A DNA stretch of 64,000 nucleotides. Origin: an uncultured bacterium (GTDB taxonomy: Bacteria; CAYUVA01). Shown piece by piece: positions 9,379-20,871 of the stretch (position 1 is the stretch's first letter; every line of letters begins with the position of its first letter). The stretch covers positions 1 to 64,000 of the forward strand of contig CAYUVA010000002.1 in the NCBI GenBank assembly GCA_964448115.1. The letters are read 5' to 3'. Under the pieces are notes generated by a model. That model searched no databases. It saw only the letters and a list, made by a program, of their open reading frames with translations, and was not told the DNA's origin. Made by a program: the position numbers and the translations under genes.

Positions 9379-11076
9379 TTGATGGAGTCTTATTCTAAAA
9401 GAGCCAGGAGTCTTTTCTATAGAGCACTTATCATAATCATAATTGCCTGTGCATTTTTGCGGGCGCTTCATCCAAGCGCGGATCCACCGGTTGACCTTAG
9501 CTGGAGCGGCGGCTACTTCGCTGATGAGGGCTTCTGGGTGCATAATGCCAGGAACCAGATCCTCTTCGGCGAGGCGGTAACCAATGACTGGAACGATATG
9601 TACCTAAGCCCGATAACCTACTGGCTCGCCTTCATCGCCTTCAAACTATTCGGCATTGGTCTGTGGCAGGCTAGGATCATATCGATTGTGCTGAGCAGTT
9701 TTAGCATATTATTGATCGCGCTGGCGCTTTCCTTGAGGCTCTCGGAGCGCACGGCGCTTTATGCTGCCGTGTTCTGGGGATTCTCTTTTGTGCCCATGAT
9801 GTACGGAAGGCTCTACCTGCTGGAGACTCCGCTGGTATTCTTCATATCCTTGGCGTTGTTTCTTTATTTGATGGGAGAACGATTCCCGCCCGGCTATCTT
9901 CTATGCGGAGTCGCCCTTGGCTGTGCTTATAGCATAAAATCCCTGGCGGTCTATCTTATTGTTGCCTCTTTAGCTTCCTTGATCCTCATGTTTATTTCGC
10001 AGAGTCAAAGAAGTTTAAAGGATCTACTAAGAAACCTAGGTTTCATTTGCGCTGGTTTCTTGATGATCATTATCCCCTTATACCTATTATTTTATCTGCC
10101 TCACTGGGAGCTGGTTAGCGGATACAATCGATATTACCTATCGCAGCAGTCAGCTAGTCTATCTGGCATTGCCAAGGATGTCCTTACTCAGCCTTTTTTC
10201 ATCTATGCATCGCGCTTTCCGGTGATAACAGCACTGGGAATGGTCGGTCTGATCAGCTTATTCGATAAGCTATATCGCAAAAGGGCTAACACGGTAGAGA
10301 TATTACTTTTCTGCTGGTTTATCCTGGGTTTTGTTATGCTTTCCATGTTTCACTACCGACCGGTCAGGTACTATCTGCCGATATTTCTTGCCTTGCATAT
10401 AATGGCTGCTTTAGGCTTGGAGCGCTTGTTCGACCTGTTAGGGGGGGATGTTTTTCAGCGAGTGCTATGGAGTCGCGGCAGGAAAGCGGTTTTATTGGTC
10501 ATATTCATCATTATAGCGGGCAGCCTGGGCGGTTTTATGCTCCTGGCACCTAGGCTTGGAGTCAGCAAGGATCTGCTCGCCTATGTATATAAGCCTGGAT
10601 TCTACCTGAGTGGATTTACCTTGGGTTTAGTAGGCTATTATGTTCTTCGATTGGCAGGTAACAAGGATTCGATGCAGCACCAGCGGTTGATCTACATGGC
10701 GCTTATAAGTATCTTCGTTATCCATAATGCCTTGCAATATGTAAACTGGGCAAGGGCACCAAAATATACCATTAGAAGCGCATCATTGAAGCTGGAGATG
10801 CTGGCTCCTGGTGGTAGAGTGGCTGGACAGTGGGCGCCGCAGCTTTGCATGAACAATCAGCTTCGCTGCTACCCGATGTGGCTCGGATATGTGAATCACG
10901 AGGATGCACTGGAGCTTTACGATATTACCCATATCCTTTTATGGAGCTTTAATGACGGCTTGGAGGAAAAGAACTTTCGGATCATGTATCCAAGAGCACT
11001 TAAGCAAGGCGAGCTGATAGAGACTTTCATAATAAAACAAAGCGAGGTAAAGCTATATAAGCTCCCAAATAACTAA
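9379..11076 (+). CDS. GT-C fold membrane glycosyltransferase (ArnT/PMT-like)
   Basis: 'ADEGFWVHNARN' loop after TM1, many TMs, 'RYYLP'. Confidence 0.8.
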   Translation: MMESYSKRARSLFYRALIIIIIACAFLRALHPSADPPVDLSWSGGYFADEGFWVHNARNQILFGEAVTNDWNDMYLSPITYWLAFIAFKLFGIGLWQARIISIVLSSFSILLIALALSLRLSERTALYAAVFWGFSFVPMMYGRLYLLETPLVFFISLALFLYLMGERFPPGYLLCGVALGCAYSIKSLAVYLIVASLASLILMFISQSQRSLKDLLRNLGFICAGFLMIIIPLYLLFYLPHWELVSGYNRYYLSQQSASLSGIAKDVLTQPFFIYASRFPVITALGMVGLISLFDKLYRKRANTVEILLFCWFILGFVMLSMFHYRPVRYYLPIFLALHIMAALGLERLFDLLGGDVFQRVLWSRGRKAVLLVIFIIIAGSLGGFMLLAPRLGVSKDLLAYVYKPGFYLSGFTLGLVGYYVLRLAGNKDSMQHQRLIYMALISIFVIHNALQYVNWARAPKYTIRSASLKLEMLAPGGRVAGQWAPQLCMNNQLRCYPMWLGYVNHEDALELYDITHILLWSFNDGLEEKNFRIMYPRALKQGELIETFIIKQSEVKLYKLPNN

Positions 11077-11120
11077 GGAACAATCGAGTGTGATAATTGT
11101 TTACTCATCGAATAGAGGGG

Positions 11121-11987
11121 ATGAAGACGATGATAAGAAAGGGACAACCAAGGAGTTTCTCATTTGTTCTAATCATATTATTGTGCTCAACATCTTTGCT
11201 TTATGCGGATAGACCAGGAATCGACAAAGAGCAATACAAGCATTGGATAAGACTTGCCGATCAAGCGCATCAGGAGAGAATGAAGAAGGAGAAAGTGCTG
11301 GAGGCTATCGAGCAGTATAAGAAGGCTATCCTGGCAGATCCCACCGAGATGTACCCATATTCGAGGATCGCGGAGCTTTACTACACCCTCGCTTATGCCT
11401 ACGGTGAGGGTCTCAGCGAGGATGAGCTTCTGGAGCTTTATGGAAAGGGGAAGGAGTATGGATATGCTGGGATCAGGGTGAGTCCAAGATATATCTTCGG
11501 CAGCGAGTCGGGCATGAACGATCAGGATATCTTCGAGCGTTTGACCCTCGAAGACATATCGGTCGCCTTCTGGCTCGCATCATGCTGGGGTAGATGGGCG
11601 GAGCTGAAAGGCATCATCCAGAGTATAAAGGACATCCCCAAGGTTAAAAACTTGATGGAGAGGATCATGATACTCGATGAGAGTTATTATGCTGGCGGAG
11701 TTCATCGCTTCTTCGGATGCTATTACCTGGAAGTTCCTTTTTTCATGGGCAAGAGCAAGGATAAGGCTAAAAAGCACTTCCAGCGCGCCATTGCAATCGA
11801 TCCCAACTACCTTGAGAACTACATTCTCTACGCTGAGTACTATGTAAAAAAGTATGGTGAAAAGGGCGAATACATGGGGCTGCTCAAGAAGGTGCTATCC
11901 CACAAGGTTCCCGAAGATTATTACTATGATGTGGAGAATCGCACTGCAAGGCGCAAGGCTAAGAAGCTGCTCGAATCAATGAAATAA
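11121..11987 (+). CDS. Secreted TPR protein, TRAP-T (TatT) component-like
   Basis: Signal peptide; 'WGRWAELKG', 'LDESYYAGGVHRFFG...P.FMG', 'HFQRAIAIDPNY'. Confidence 0.7.
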   Translation: MKTMIRKGQPRSFSFVLIILLCSTSLLYADRPGIDKEQYKHWIRLADQAHQERMKKEKVLEAIEQYKKAILADPTEMYPYSRIAELYYTLAYAYGEGLSEDELLELYGKGKEYGYAGIRVSPRYIFGSESGMNDQDIFERLTLEDISVAFWLASCWGRWAELKGIIQSIKDIPKVKNLMERIMILDESYYAGGVHRFFGCYYLEVPFFMGKSKDKAKKHFQRAIAIDPNYLENYILYAEYYVKKYGEKGEYMGLLKKVLSHKVPEDYYYDVENRTARRKAKKLLESMK

Positions 11988-11997
11988 GCGACCAGCG

Positions 11998-13551
11998 ATG
12001 ATTATGCGGCGGTCTGTGATTCTGTGGCTTGCTATATGGTTGCTCTATGGCTTCTTTACAAAGAGCACCGTCAGCCTGAGCGGCAATGATGCTGCCCGTA
12101 TGGCTACCGTGCAAGCCCTAGTCGAGCAGGGAACCTTCGCTATCGATGATACTGACTTTTTCTGGACGGTCGATAAGGTAAAGATCGGCCAGCGCTTTTA
12201 TTCGGGCATCCTTTGCTTCCTCCCCCTGATTACATCAATATTCTATTGTATCCTATATCATTTATTCGGCATTGGCTTCGCTTCCTCCCCGAATGTGGCA
12301 ATATTTTTATTGACCTGGTTGACCTCGGGAGCCTGCGCATCAGCCATAGCGACCCTACTAATCATGATCACAACAAGAACCATCCCGGCAAGCCTAATAA
12401 GAATGCCCTTGTTTTTGTTTTGCATTGCCGGAACATGGATATTCTCTTATGGCACGGTATTTAACAACCATGTTCCGGCAGCCCTTTTCATAATGGCAGG
12501 CTGGTATCTGCTGCGAGGGGAAGTGGCTGGCGACATGGAGGTTTCCAATAGCCGCCACCTGGCATCTGGCTTGCTATTAGGCGCCGCGGCGGTAACTGAG
12601 ATCGTATGCGGGGGTGTCTTTTTATTCCTCACCTTTGTTAGGCAATTGTTTAGTAAAATCAAGCAAAGAAACCCGCTGCCCCTGCTTGCTTTTGTACTTG
12701 GCTTGATGATTCCCTTAGCCATAGAGGGCACGGCGAACTTCATTATACATAAAAGCCCGCTGCCGGTCTATTTCCATCCCGGAGGATACGATTACGAGGG
12801 GAGCATCCATGCTGCCAATAGCGTCGCTGGCTTGCGAAGAAGCAGCGACCCGATTAACTATGCCATGAACGCCACTATAGGCGAGCGAGGGATATTTTCG
12901 CACACTCCATTGCTTCTATTATCGATACCAGGCATTATCATTCTTCTACGCAAGAAGGCAATCGATGGCAACCCATTTGTATCCTCAAAGCGAGGGGCTT
13001 TTTTATACATAATCATCGCTGTGGCTGCATCGATGCGTCTTTTCATCATTTTCACCAGCGACTATGGCGGGTGGGCGTATGGCTTCAGGTTCTTCATTCC
13101 CATAATCCCTTTCTTGTACATGTTTAGCCTTCCCGTCATTGCGAGCATAATGAAAGCGAGGGTATCATCACTCAGGGTCCTGGGTATTGCTATGGTTATT
13201 GTGTTGATATCATGGTCCGTATTATCGGCACTACTGGGAGTTTATAGTCCTTGGATACCATGCTTTGAGGGAGCTGAGCAGGATAACATCTCGGTTATCT
13301 ACCCGCACCCATGGCGCGGGGCATTGCTGTCGGTCATTTATTCCCACTTCGAGCATCACAACTGGGCACAGCGCATGGCTTATGCGCTGTATCCGGCAAA
13401 AAAGAGCGATCTTTACGGATATCTTGGCTTGGTCTATCTGAATAAAGGGAATCTTGGGGAGTCCAGGGTATTTTTCCAGCGCCGGCTGCGAGTCTTGCCG
13501 CAAGATCCAATGGCTTTACATTACCTCGAATACATGGATAGTCTTCGTTAG
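11998..13551 (+). CDS. Polytopic membrane protein, GT-C-like, with a C-terminal TPR
   Basis: 'NDAARMATVQALVEQGTFAID', 'NNH', 'GGWAYGFRFFIP'; terminal TPR-like helix pair. Confidence 0.65.
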   Translation: MIMRRSVILWLAIWLLYGFFTKSTVSLSGNDAARMATVQALVEQGTFAIDDTDFFWTVDKVKIGQRFYSGILCFLPLITSIFYCILYHLFGIGFASSPNVAIFLLTWLTSGACASAIATLLIMITTRTIPASLIRMPLFLFCIAGTWIFSYGTVFNNHVPAALFIMAGWYLLRGEVAGDMEVSNSRHLASGLLLGAAAVTEIVCGGVFLFLTFVRQLFSKIKQRNPLPLLAFVLGLMIPLAIEGTANFIIHKSPLPVYFHPGGYDYEGSIHAANSVAGLRRSSDPINYAMNATIGERGIFSHTPLLLLSIPGIIILLRKKAIDGNPFVSSKRGAFLYIIIAVAASMRLFIIFTSDYGGWAYGFRFFIPIIPFLYMFSLPVIASIMKARVSSLRVLGIAMVIVLISWSVLSALLGVYSPWIPCFEGAEQDNISVIYPHPWRGALLSVIYSHFEHHNWAQRMAYALYPAKKSDLYGYLGLVYLNKGNLGESRVFFQRRLRVLPQDPMALHYLEYMDSLR

Positions 13552-13613
13552 GGGATTGTTGAGAGGCTGTATATACTCTTCTCGATGGGCTTCTCGGCTT
13601 CTCGACAGCCAGC

Positions 13614-13642
13614 TTGATCATGCCGTTTTAATTGGCTACAAT
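13614..13642 (+). promoter_or_regulatory. Putative promoter of dnaJ
   Basis: TTGATC-17 nt-TACAAT. Confidence 0.45.
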
Positions 13643-13677
13643 AAGATGTTTGGAACAGCTTTAGATAGTCGGTGCTC

Positions 13678-14811
13678 ATGGAAAAAAGAGACTACTACGA
13701 AATACTGAATGTCCCCAGGGACGCCAGCGAAGCGGAGATAAAGAAGGCTTACAAGAAACTCGCTTACCAGTACCATCCGGACCGAAATCCCGATGATCCC
13801 AGCGCTGAGGAACGCTTCAAGGAGGCATCCGAGGCTTACCAGGTCTTGATCGATCCTGAGAAACGGAGACAGTACGACCTGTATGGTCATGAGGGACTGC
13901 GCAACGCTGGATTCTCTGGCTTCAGGGACGCCTCGGATATATTCTCCCAATTCTCGGACATTTTCAGCGATCTCTTCGACTTCGATCCCTTCGGCTTCGG
14001 TAGCACAAGGAGAAGGAGAAGGAAACATCCCTCCAGGGGAGAGGATATACAGATCCCCCTTGAGATAGAATTCGATGAGGCGGTTTTTGGTGCTCAAAAG
14101 GTCATCGAGATCTCGCGCCGGGTGCTATGCATGCATTGTCATGGCAGCGGAGCCAGGGAAGGCTCGTCGCCGCAGAGGTGCGATGTCTGCGGAGGCACAG
14201 GTCAATATGTAAGGCGAGCTGGGTTTATGGCTATTAGCACTCCCTGTCATCACTGCAAAGGCGAAGGCACGGTCATAAGAGATAAGTGCCCCAACTGTCA
14301 AGGCAGCGGTCTGGTGCCCAAGGCGGAAAAAGTGGAGGTGAACATACCGGCTGGGGTTGATCAAGGCATGAGGATTCGACTCAGCGGTAAAGGAGATCAA
14401 CCGCATGGCGGGGGCACTCCCGGCGACCTTTTCCTGGTGATCTCAATCAAGGAACACCCGCTGATAAAGCGCCAAGAGTACAATACTTATGTCGATCTAC
14501 CCATAACCTTCAGCCAGGCTGCACTAGGTGCAAAAGTTATGGCACCTACTGTTGAGGGAGAACAAGAGCTTCGCATCCCCCCTGGAACCCAGACCGGCAA
14601 GGTATTTGTAATGCGCGGCAAGGGCGTACCCTACTTGCGAGGACATGGCAGGGGAGACCATTATGTAAAGATCACGGTAGTTACGCCCCAGAATTTGAGC
14701 AAAGAGCAGATCGAGCTATTCAAGAAGCTCGCCGAGACAGAAGATGAGCTTTCAACAATCGGTAGCGGCAAAAGAACCTTCATCGACCATATAAAGGACG
14801 CCTTAAGCTGA
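13678..14811 (+). CDS. dnaJ: Molecular chaperone DnaJ
   Basis: J-domain with HPD, G/F region, four CxxCxGxG repeats. Confidence 0.97.
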   Translation: MEKRDYYEILNVPRDASEAEIKKAYKKLAYQYHPDRNPDDPSAEERFKEASEAYQVLIDPEKRRQYDLYGHEGLRNAGFSGFRDASDIFSQFSDIFSDLFDFDPFGFGSTRRRRRKHPSRGEDIQIPLEIEFDEAVFGAQKVIEISRRVLCMHCHGSGAREGSSPQRCDVCGGTGQYVRRAGFMAISTPCHHCKGEGTVIRDKCPNCQGSGLVPKAEKVEVNIPAGVDQGMRIRLSGKGDQPHGGGTPGDLFLVISIKEHPLIKRQEYNTYVDLPITFSQAALGAKVMAPTVEGEQELRIPPGTQTGKVFVMRGKGVPYLRGHGRGDHYVKITVVTPQNLSKEQIELFKKLAETEDELSTIGSGKRTFIDHIKDALS

Positions 14812-16377
14812 AGCCATTTGCAGAGTATGGCTCCGCTTTACTATTACGCCGATGAACATAATCATCTCGAGCATCCCCATCAGTATGAAGATCATAGCTG
14901 GATACCGTGAATACAGGGTCTTATCGTATTGATCTAGTATGATCTCCTGGCGGATGCTGCCGGTCTCGAAAAGACCGATGGATTCGATTATCCTTCCAGT
15001 AGGGTCGATGAAGGCTGAGATGCCAGTGTTTGCAGCCCTGATCAGCGGCACCTTGTTCTCGATGGCGCGAAAAACGACCTGGGAGAGCACCTGTGGCGCT
15101 GCCTTGGAGCGCCCAAACCAGGCTTCGTTGGTCAGATTTGCCAGCAGATTTGCTCCCTTTTGGCGACAGGCTGCCGATATACCTGGAAACAGGGCTTCAT
15201 AGCATATAATATTGCCCATCCTCGCTTTGCCAGCTTGCATAATCACATGCTCGGTGCCAGGCTTGAAGTCACCCTCTCCTGGCACCAGCTTATCGATAAA
15301 GAACAGCAGTTCGCGCAAGGGGATATACTCACCAAAAGGAACCAGGTGCATCTTATGATATTTATAAAGTATCCTACCGTTCTTATCGATCAGGTAGGAG
15401 CTGTTCTGGTGATCACCGTTTTGTGCAATTGATGCGCTGCCAAACAAGAGCGTAAGGTTCATCGATTCAACGAAGCGAATCATCCTCTGCCTCCTGGCGA
15501 AATCCCGCTCGAAACGAAACGGCGTGGCAGCCTCGGGCCAGACGACCAGGGCAGGGACAGCATACCTTTTTTCCACCCCCATCTTGGTCAAAGCTAGATA
15601 TTTATATAATATTTCGTCCTTGTAGGCTGGGTTCCATTTCTGTTCTTGGGGTATGTTCGCCTGGATGATCAGGCAATCAAAAGCTACCCCCTCATGCTCC
15701 ATATTATTGATACGATGGATGCTGTAACCGATGCAAAAGATGATCAGAATAGAAGCGATCATCGCCGGCAAATACCTTTGAGAGCCTTTGGTTTTATTGC
15801 AGATCAGGCTATATATGCCTGCATTGACTAGCACCACCAGAAACGATATCCCGTGAACACCTAACAGGTCAGCAGGTTGAATGAGGTATCTGAATTTGTA
15901 TTGCGAGTAACCGAGGCTATTCCAAGGAAAGCCGGTTATCATCCATCCCCTGACCCATTCGAGCAGCACCCAAAGCACGGGGGCATGAATGGTCATCGGC
16001 AGATTCAACCTACCTACGCCAAGCCTTAGAAGATATGCGAAAACGGCTGGATATAGGCTCAAATATAGTACAAGCAGCACCATAAAGAAGCCGCTTAAGG
16101 GATAGCTTATCCCCCCATAATAGTGCATGGCGATTATCACCCAGTAAACACCGATAATGAAGTAAAAGAAGCCAGCCACGAATCCGAGCCTGAATGCTCT
16201 CCACGGCTTTAGGTCTTGAATTGCTGCAAATAAAGGCACTAGAGCGATATATGCCAGGAATCCCCAGCCCGGCTGTGGAAACGCCAAACCGAGCATTATC
16301 CCTGATACACAGGCTAAAAATAATGGCCTAATCGCCAGTCTTATTATCCAATGTCTTTTTATGGATGATCTTCTCAA
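14803..16377 (-). CDS. lnt: Apolipoprotein N-acyltransferase (start uncertain)
   Basis: [42 protein letters not shown]. Confidence 0.95.
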   Translation of the reverse strand: MRRSSIKRHWIIRLAIRPLFLACVSGIMLGLAFPQPGWGFLAYIALVPLFAAIQDLKPWRAFRLGFVAGFFYFIIGVYWVIIAMHYYGGISYPLSGFFMVLLVLYLSLYPAVFAYLLRLGVGRLNLPMTIHAPVLWVLLEWVRGWMITGFPWNSLGYSQYKFRYLIQPADLLGVHGISFLVVLVNAGIYSLICNKTKGSQRYLPAMIASILIIFCIGYSIHRINNMEHEGVAFDCLIIQANIPQEQKWNPAYKDEILYKYLALTKMGVEKRYAVPALVVWPEAATPFRFERDFARRQRMIRFVESMNLTLLFGSASIAQNGDHQNSSYLIDKNGRILYKYHKMHLVPFGEYIPLRELLFFIDKLVPGEGDFKPGTEHVIMQAGKARMGNIICYEALFPGISAACRQKGANLLANLTNEAWFGRSKAAPQVLSQVVFRAIENKVPLIRAANTGISAFIDPTGRIIESIGLFETGSIRQEIILDQYDKTLYSRYPAMIFILMGMLEMIMFIGVIVKRSHTLQMASA

Positions 16378-16897
16378 GGTACTTATTGAAGTCGAATTTG
16401 GGGCTGTTTTTATGATTATGGCAAAGGATACAAATCTTCCTGTACTCGCATAGCGGACAGTCCTTTATGTACGACTGTGGATTAATGCTCGGCGTTTTGG
16501 CATGCTCTGCCCGTGCCCCATGACAAGCCTCGCACTGGACATTTTCAAAGCGCTGGCGGTCGGGATTATCCTTCCAGTAGCCGCTTGGATTCCCGAAGCC
16601 GGTTACATGGCACTTGATACATTCAAGATGATCTTGTTTCCCCAGGGAAAGCAGGCTTTGAAACGCCCTTGCATGAGCGGTCCGCTTCCATTGTGCATAC
16701 TGTGTCTCGTGGCACGGTAAACATGCTTCAGCTCCCGTAAAAGTATAGTTGCCATCGAAGAGAAACGGCTCTTTCATGAGGATGACCTTAGCCGGCTTTG
16801 TCATTTCTTCTTGCTGTGCAAGGATCAGATTATGGGGCGTCTCTAAAATTAGGGTCATCAACAACAGGATCGAACTTGGATGCTTCATCAGGCTCAT
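16328..16897 (-). CDS. Secreted multiheme cytochrome c (c554-like, four CxxCH)
   Basis: CLPCH, CIKCH, CEACH, CILCH; N-terminal hydrophobic signal. Confidence 0.85.
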   Translation of the reverse strand: MSLMKHPSSILLLMTLILETPHNLILAQQEEMTKPAKVILMKEPFLFDGNYTFTGAEACLPCHETQYAQWKRTAHARAFQSLLSLGKQDHLECIKCHVTGFGNPSGYWKDNPDRQRFENVQCEACHGARAEHAKTPSINPQSYIKDCPLCEYRKICILCHNHKNSPKFDFNKYLEKIIHKKTLDNKTGD

Positions 16898-16902
16898 AAG
16901 AT

Positions 16903-19089
16903 TCAGAATATCAATGTTATCTCCTTGAAGGCAACCTCGATCGGCTCATGCTTTAGATAAGGTTTCTCATCCTGAGCCTGGTAGTCGAACTGGAAGCGAA
17001 CCCTTGCTGGATCGTGCTTTAGGAGCTTCTCGCTTAAATTGAACTGGTATGTATACTCCCTGGGCGCCAGATGCAGCCTGATCAGGTATTCATCGTTGAT
17101 ATATACGGTTACATAAAGCCTTTCATTGTCTTTGGATGCGGTCGGTTTAACGGTAAAGGTGAAATACGCTCTCTCTTGTCTCCAGGTGGGGAGCAGCACC
17201 TCAGCCGATCTCTCAAGGGTGCGAAAATAACTGCTATTCGAGTCTTGAATGCTCCCTAAAGCCCAACCGTAGGTGAAATAGGCATCGACACCGGGATTAC
17301 CAGGACGGATCTCTATATCAGACGGCTCAAGATTCACCAAGGTTCGATAAACTATGAGCTGCCTGTCCTCAAGCGCCGGACCCACAAGATCACCTAGTTT
17401 ATCAAAGTATTGCCTGAAGTTATTCACCGCATTTACAGGCAATACTTGTCTTTGGATTATGATATAGCGAATCTTATATAAACGACAGGCTTCCTTTATG
17501 TCCTGAAGGCTCCTGGTCGGCTGTCGCACCGAATATCCGCTCTGCAATGCCAGCAGGTCCTCGATCAAGGGAGCGCGGTGATAATACTTATCGATATAGT
17601 CGGGCAGATAGCCGATATGAGTGTGAAGTACCCGTTTTTGATGAACGGTAGCAAAATACTGTGTGCGATTAGATGGGCGCTGCAATAGCGGAATATCGAC
17701 CACCGTGAAGTCCCCTGGTTCGTTGGCGATCGAATCATAGACCGGATGATGTATCAATCGAGCGGTGGGGTACGGAATCGGAAGGTACTCAAACACAATA
17801 AAAAATAGTATCAATAATGGCAGCAAGCGGGCTAAACGCTTCCCCTTCACGCCCCGACTTGTCATTATCCATACCATACCGAGCGCAGCCAGCATGGAGG
17901 CGACAAGCATCAATACTGCCATGAATCGAGCTGAAACCCTTATAGCACTCAATATCGGCGCCGACATGATGACTCGAAAGGGAAATGGGATGTACTCCAG
18001 GTAGTTCTGCCCTGCAAAACGAGGAGCTGGACCGACAAGAAGGATCAATGAAGCCAGCCCCATTATACCGAAATACCTCACCATCTCAGTTCGGCGCATC
18101 TTCAGAATGCCAATTGCAATCAGGGCTATCACCACCCAGCCAATGTATATGCTGAAGCTCTCCTTGTCCTTCTCCAGCATCTGGAGGCTCAGAGATCCGA
18201 AAAAGGGGTGCAATGCGCTAGGGATGAACAGTCCGAGAAGATCCGCTCCGGCTGCTAGTTTCACATCTACAAAGTTTCCATAGCGCTCTATGGTGGCGAG
18301 CATTTTGCTAACCAAGGGAGCTATGCCAGCAGCTCCGATCAACTCAATGATCACGATCGTGTAGCTGGCATGGTGCAATATGCTCCTGCCTGAGCGACTA
18401 AAGCCCAAGTAAAAGAGAGTGTAGATGAGCAAAAGCTGGATGAAAAAGAAATAATAGTATGAGGTAAGGCTTGCGATAAAGGCAAAACAGCCACAATACA
18501 TAGCCAATAACATTCGGCGATAGGGGCTTTGCAAGGCGGGATTAGCTCCCCTTAACATATCATCCATCGATAAAGCTCGTAACAGGAAATACAAAAAAAA
18601 CGGTATGGTAAAGGCTACCGCCATATTGAGATGACAGGTGCCACGATACAATAGGTAAGGATTGAAACCATAGATTACACCGGCAATAAAGGCGATCCAT
18701 TCATTATCCAATAGCAGATCTGCCAGCAAATAAGCGCCATAAGCTGCCAGGAATAGACACCCTAGGAATATAAGGTTGTAGGTCATGGTTAAGCCGATCA
18801 GTAAGCCTGGAATGACCGATATTATCGAGAAAAAAGGGACCGTCGTATGGAAGATCAGAGTAACTCCCATGGGGTAATAGGCATAAGTGCAGTAAAAGGG
18901 GCTTGAAAACAAATCTAAAAGCGCGGTCTTGAACCACCACATATTCCAGTAGAACATGAAGGTATCGCCATGGTAGTTACCAAAATAACGGGTATCGCTG
19001 GGGATTGAACCGTTAATATCGAGGACTAAGGGGTAGGTAAAAAACAGGCAGCACAGGACATAGCCAGCGATTACAAGATACTTATGCAT
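16903..19089 (-). CDS. YfhO-like GT-C membrane glycosyltransferase with a C-terminal soluble domain
   Basis: 'GD...FYWNMWW', 'YYPMGVTL.FHT', 'R...RF', many TMs. Confidence 0.7.
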   Translation of the reverse strand: MHKYLVIAGYVLCCLFFTYPLVLDINGSIPSDTRYFGNYHGDTFMFYWNMWWFKTALLDLFSSPFYCTYAYYPMGVTLIFHTTVPFFSIISVIPGLLIGLTMTYNLIFLGCLFLAAYGAYLLADLLLDNEWIAFIAGVIYGFNPYLLYRGTCHLNMAVAFTIPFFLYFLLRALSMDDMLRGANPALQSPYRRMLLAMYCGCFAFIASLTSYYYFFFIQLLLIYTLFYLGFSRSGRSILHHASYTIVIIELIGAAGIAPLVSKMLATIERYGNFVDVKLAAGADLLGLFIPSALHPFFGSLSLQMLEKDKESFSIYIGWVVIALIAIGILKMRRTEMVRYFGIMGLASLILLVGPAPRFAGQNYLEYIPFPFRVIMSAPILSAIRVSARFMAVLMLVASMLAALGMVWIMTSRGVKGKRLARLLPLLILFFIVFEYLPIPYPTARLIHHPVYDSIANEPGDFTVVDIPLLQRPSNRTQYFATVHQKRVLHTHIGYLPDYIDKYYHRAPLIEDLLALQSGYSVRQPTRSLQDIKEACRLYKIRYIIIQRQVLPVNAVNNFRQYFDKLGDLVGPALEDRQLIVYRTLVNLEPSDIEIRPGNPGVDAYFTYGWALGSIQDSNSSYFRTLERSAEVLLPTWRQERAYFTFTVKPTASKDNERLYVTVYINDEYLIRLHLAPREYTYQFNLSEKLLKHDPARVRFQFDYQAQDEKPYLKHEPIEVAFKEITLIF

Positions 19090-19177
19090 CGATCCCTTCA
19101 CATGCTATTGGCTATAAGAACCTAGAGATACAGCCTTATTTCGCAGTGCCATTTATACCATAAATACAAGCCGGTTT

Positions 19178-19594
19178 TCAGGTGGGGGATCTCAGGTTTT
19201 CGATTCTCTCCTTGATCTCGTCCCTGATTCGCCGGTACACACCTAAGATCGTCTCTTCATCGCCGTCAGCCTCGGCAGGATCCTCGATGCTCCAATGAAT
19301 ATGCCTTGCACCTCTCGGCACCATCGGGCAGGTCTGCTTGGCATGATCGCAAAGTGTGATCACCACATCCATCTCATCCCAGGGGACCTGATCGATCGTC
19401 TTGGAGAACTGGTCGCTGATATCGATTCCGATCTCCTTCATTACGCGCATCGCATAAGGATTCATTCCGTGAGCCTCTATGCCGGCACTGTAGATCTCAT
19501 AAGTATCAGCCATCATTCTCTTGGCAAATCCCTCAGCCATTTGGCTGCGACAGGAGTTGCCGGTGCACAGGAAAAGCAATCTCTTTCTAGTCAT
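19178..19594 (-). CDS. arsC: Thioredoxin-dependent arsenate reductase / LMW-PTP family
   Basis: CTGNSCRSQMAE, TLCD...CP, HWSIEDP. Confidence 0.9.
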   Translation of the reverse strand: MTRKRLLFLCTGNSCRSQMAEGFAKRMMADTYEIYSAGIEAHGMNPYAMRVMKEIGIDISDQFSKTIDQVPWDEMDVVITLCDHAKQTCPMVPRGARHIHWSIEDPAEADGDEETILGVYRRIRDEIKERIENLRSPT

Positions 19595-19618
19595 AATGTT
19601 TTGTGTTTAATCGACTAT

Positions 19619-19637
19619 TTCTTTGCGTCTTTGCGTG
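19619..19637 (-). repeat. Dispersed intergenic repeat, copy C
   Basis: TTCTTTGCGTCTTTGCGTG, identical to 53568-53586. Confidence 0.75.
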
Positions 19638-19654
19638 CCCCGCTCCCCGCCTTC

Positions 19655-20797
19655 CTACTTGAGTAGAAGCGGGATAAGGAATGATGTGGCGATGATCAGT
19701 CCCATGAAAGCGAGGAATCCGATCGTGATCCACCATGACTTTTTATTTCCGAAGTTTAGTGTGTATCCATAACCGACTAGCTTCTCCACAAATATGGCTG
19801 GATCTTTGGGATTATAATAGATGATGCCCCACTTCCATCCCTCGGAGTCCTTTGAGTATCCCGGATCGACAGTGCCGAGTAGGTTTACTATGCAATCATT
19901 GATCCCCTTGTATCGTCGCATGTAGATAACCGTAGCGATGATGACCAATGGAACCGTGCCAATTGTCATCAGCATCAAGCCAGGCTCTCCCGAGGGTGCA
20001 TCCAAGGCTGCCCGAACAACGATAGTCTGCATATAGGCAAAGATCATCACCATGACAAGACGCATGGCGGTAAGAAAGTTCATATTGAGGCGAATCTTTT
20101 TATCAACCAGCAAAAGATACTCCTTGAGGTGTTCTTTGGGCATTGTCGCCTTTGAGTGCACTATTGCCAGTCCAGCGATCAACATAAGCAAGTATACGCC
20201 GAGATTAACTATCGATATGGAAAAGACGGAGAAGATATTCTTCTGCGAGTAGCCATCAGGAGCGCCTGCTGCATCGAAGTGTACCGCTATGCGCTGCGAC
20301 ATCTGCGGATAATGTACAACCCCATAAAGCACAGAGGCAATGATACAGGTAAGACATAACACCTCAATCGGTGGATGAAGGTAATCGATTAACCTTCTCT
20401 TTGGGGGATTAAGTGAGGTTAGATCAATTTCAGGCAATTCCTCGTTAGGCTTCACCATTCGATGCCAGTAAATCCATAATGCTAATGCAAATAGTGCAGG
20501 TATGAAAAGATGAAGCGAGATAGCTAATTCCCTCCTATCTGAGCCTACAAATAAGTAATACAGGGCTACTGCAAAGGATATCGCTATAAAAATCAACCAC
20601 TTGCGGAAGATTATCGGCTTGGCGGTCTCCCGGTAGTACTGCCTGGAGATCCTGACTCCAAAGAAAGCCTCCCTGCCTCGAAGGACAGGGATGATGCCGA
20701 GCAAGATAGCAAGGAACAGATCGATCAAGAGCACGATGTATAGTTCGATAGTAGTACTCATTGCTAAAATTATATACAGGAATTGCATCGTGATCAA
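19655..20797 (-). CDS. DUF1648/DUF5808 membrane protein
   Basis: 'IAVHFDAAGAPDGY' and 'WKWGIIYYNPKDPAIFVEK..GYGYTLNFG'. Confidence 0.85.
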   Translation of the reverse strand: MITMQFLYIILAMSTTIELYIVLLIDLFLAILLGIIPVLRGREAFFGVRISRQYYRETAKPIIFRKWLIFIAISFAVALYYLFVGSDRRELAISLHLFIPALFALALWIYWHRMVKPNEELPEIDLTSLNPPKRRLIDYLHPPIEVLCLTCIIASVLYGVVHYPQMSQRIAVHFDAAGAPDGYSQKNIFSVFSISIVNLGVYLLMLIAGLAIVHSKATMPKEHLKEYLLLVDKKIRLNMNFLTAMRLVMVMIFAYMQTIVVRAALDAPSGEPGLMLMTIGTVPLVIIATVIYMRRYKGINDCIVNLLGTVDPGYSKDSEGWKWGIIYYNPKDPAIFVEKLVGYGYTLNFGNKKSWWITIGFLAFMGLIIATSFLIPLLLK

Positions 20798-20871
20798 AGT
20801 ATGCTTATTTAGCTATTAAACACGGAAAGCTCCTAGAATCATCGAGGAGGATCTGCTAACATTATGCAGCC

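Noticed and set aside
19178-19594. Arsenic-resistance island
   Set aside because: arsC is alone, with no arsR, acr3/arsB or mobility genes.
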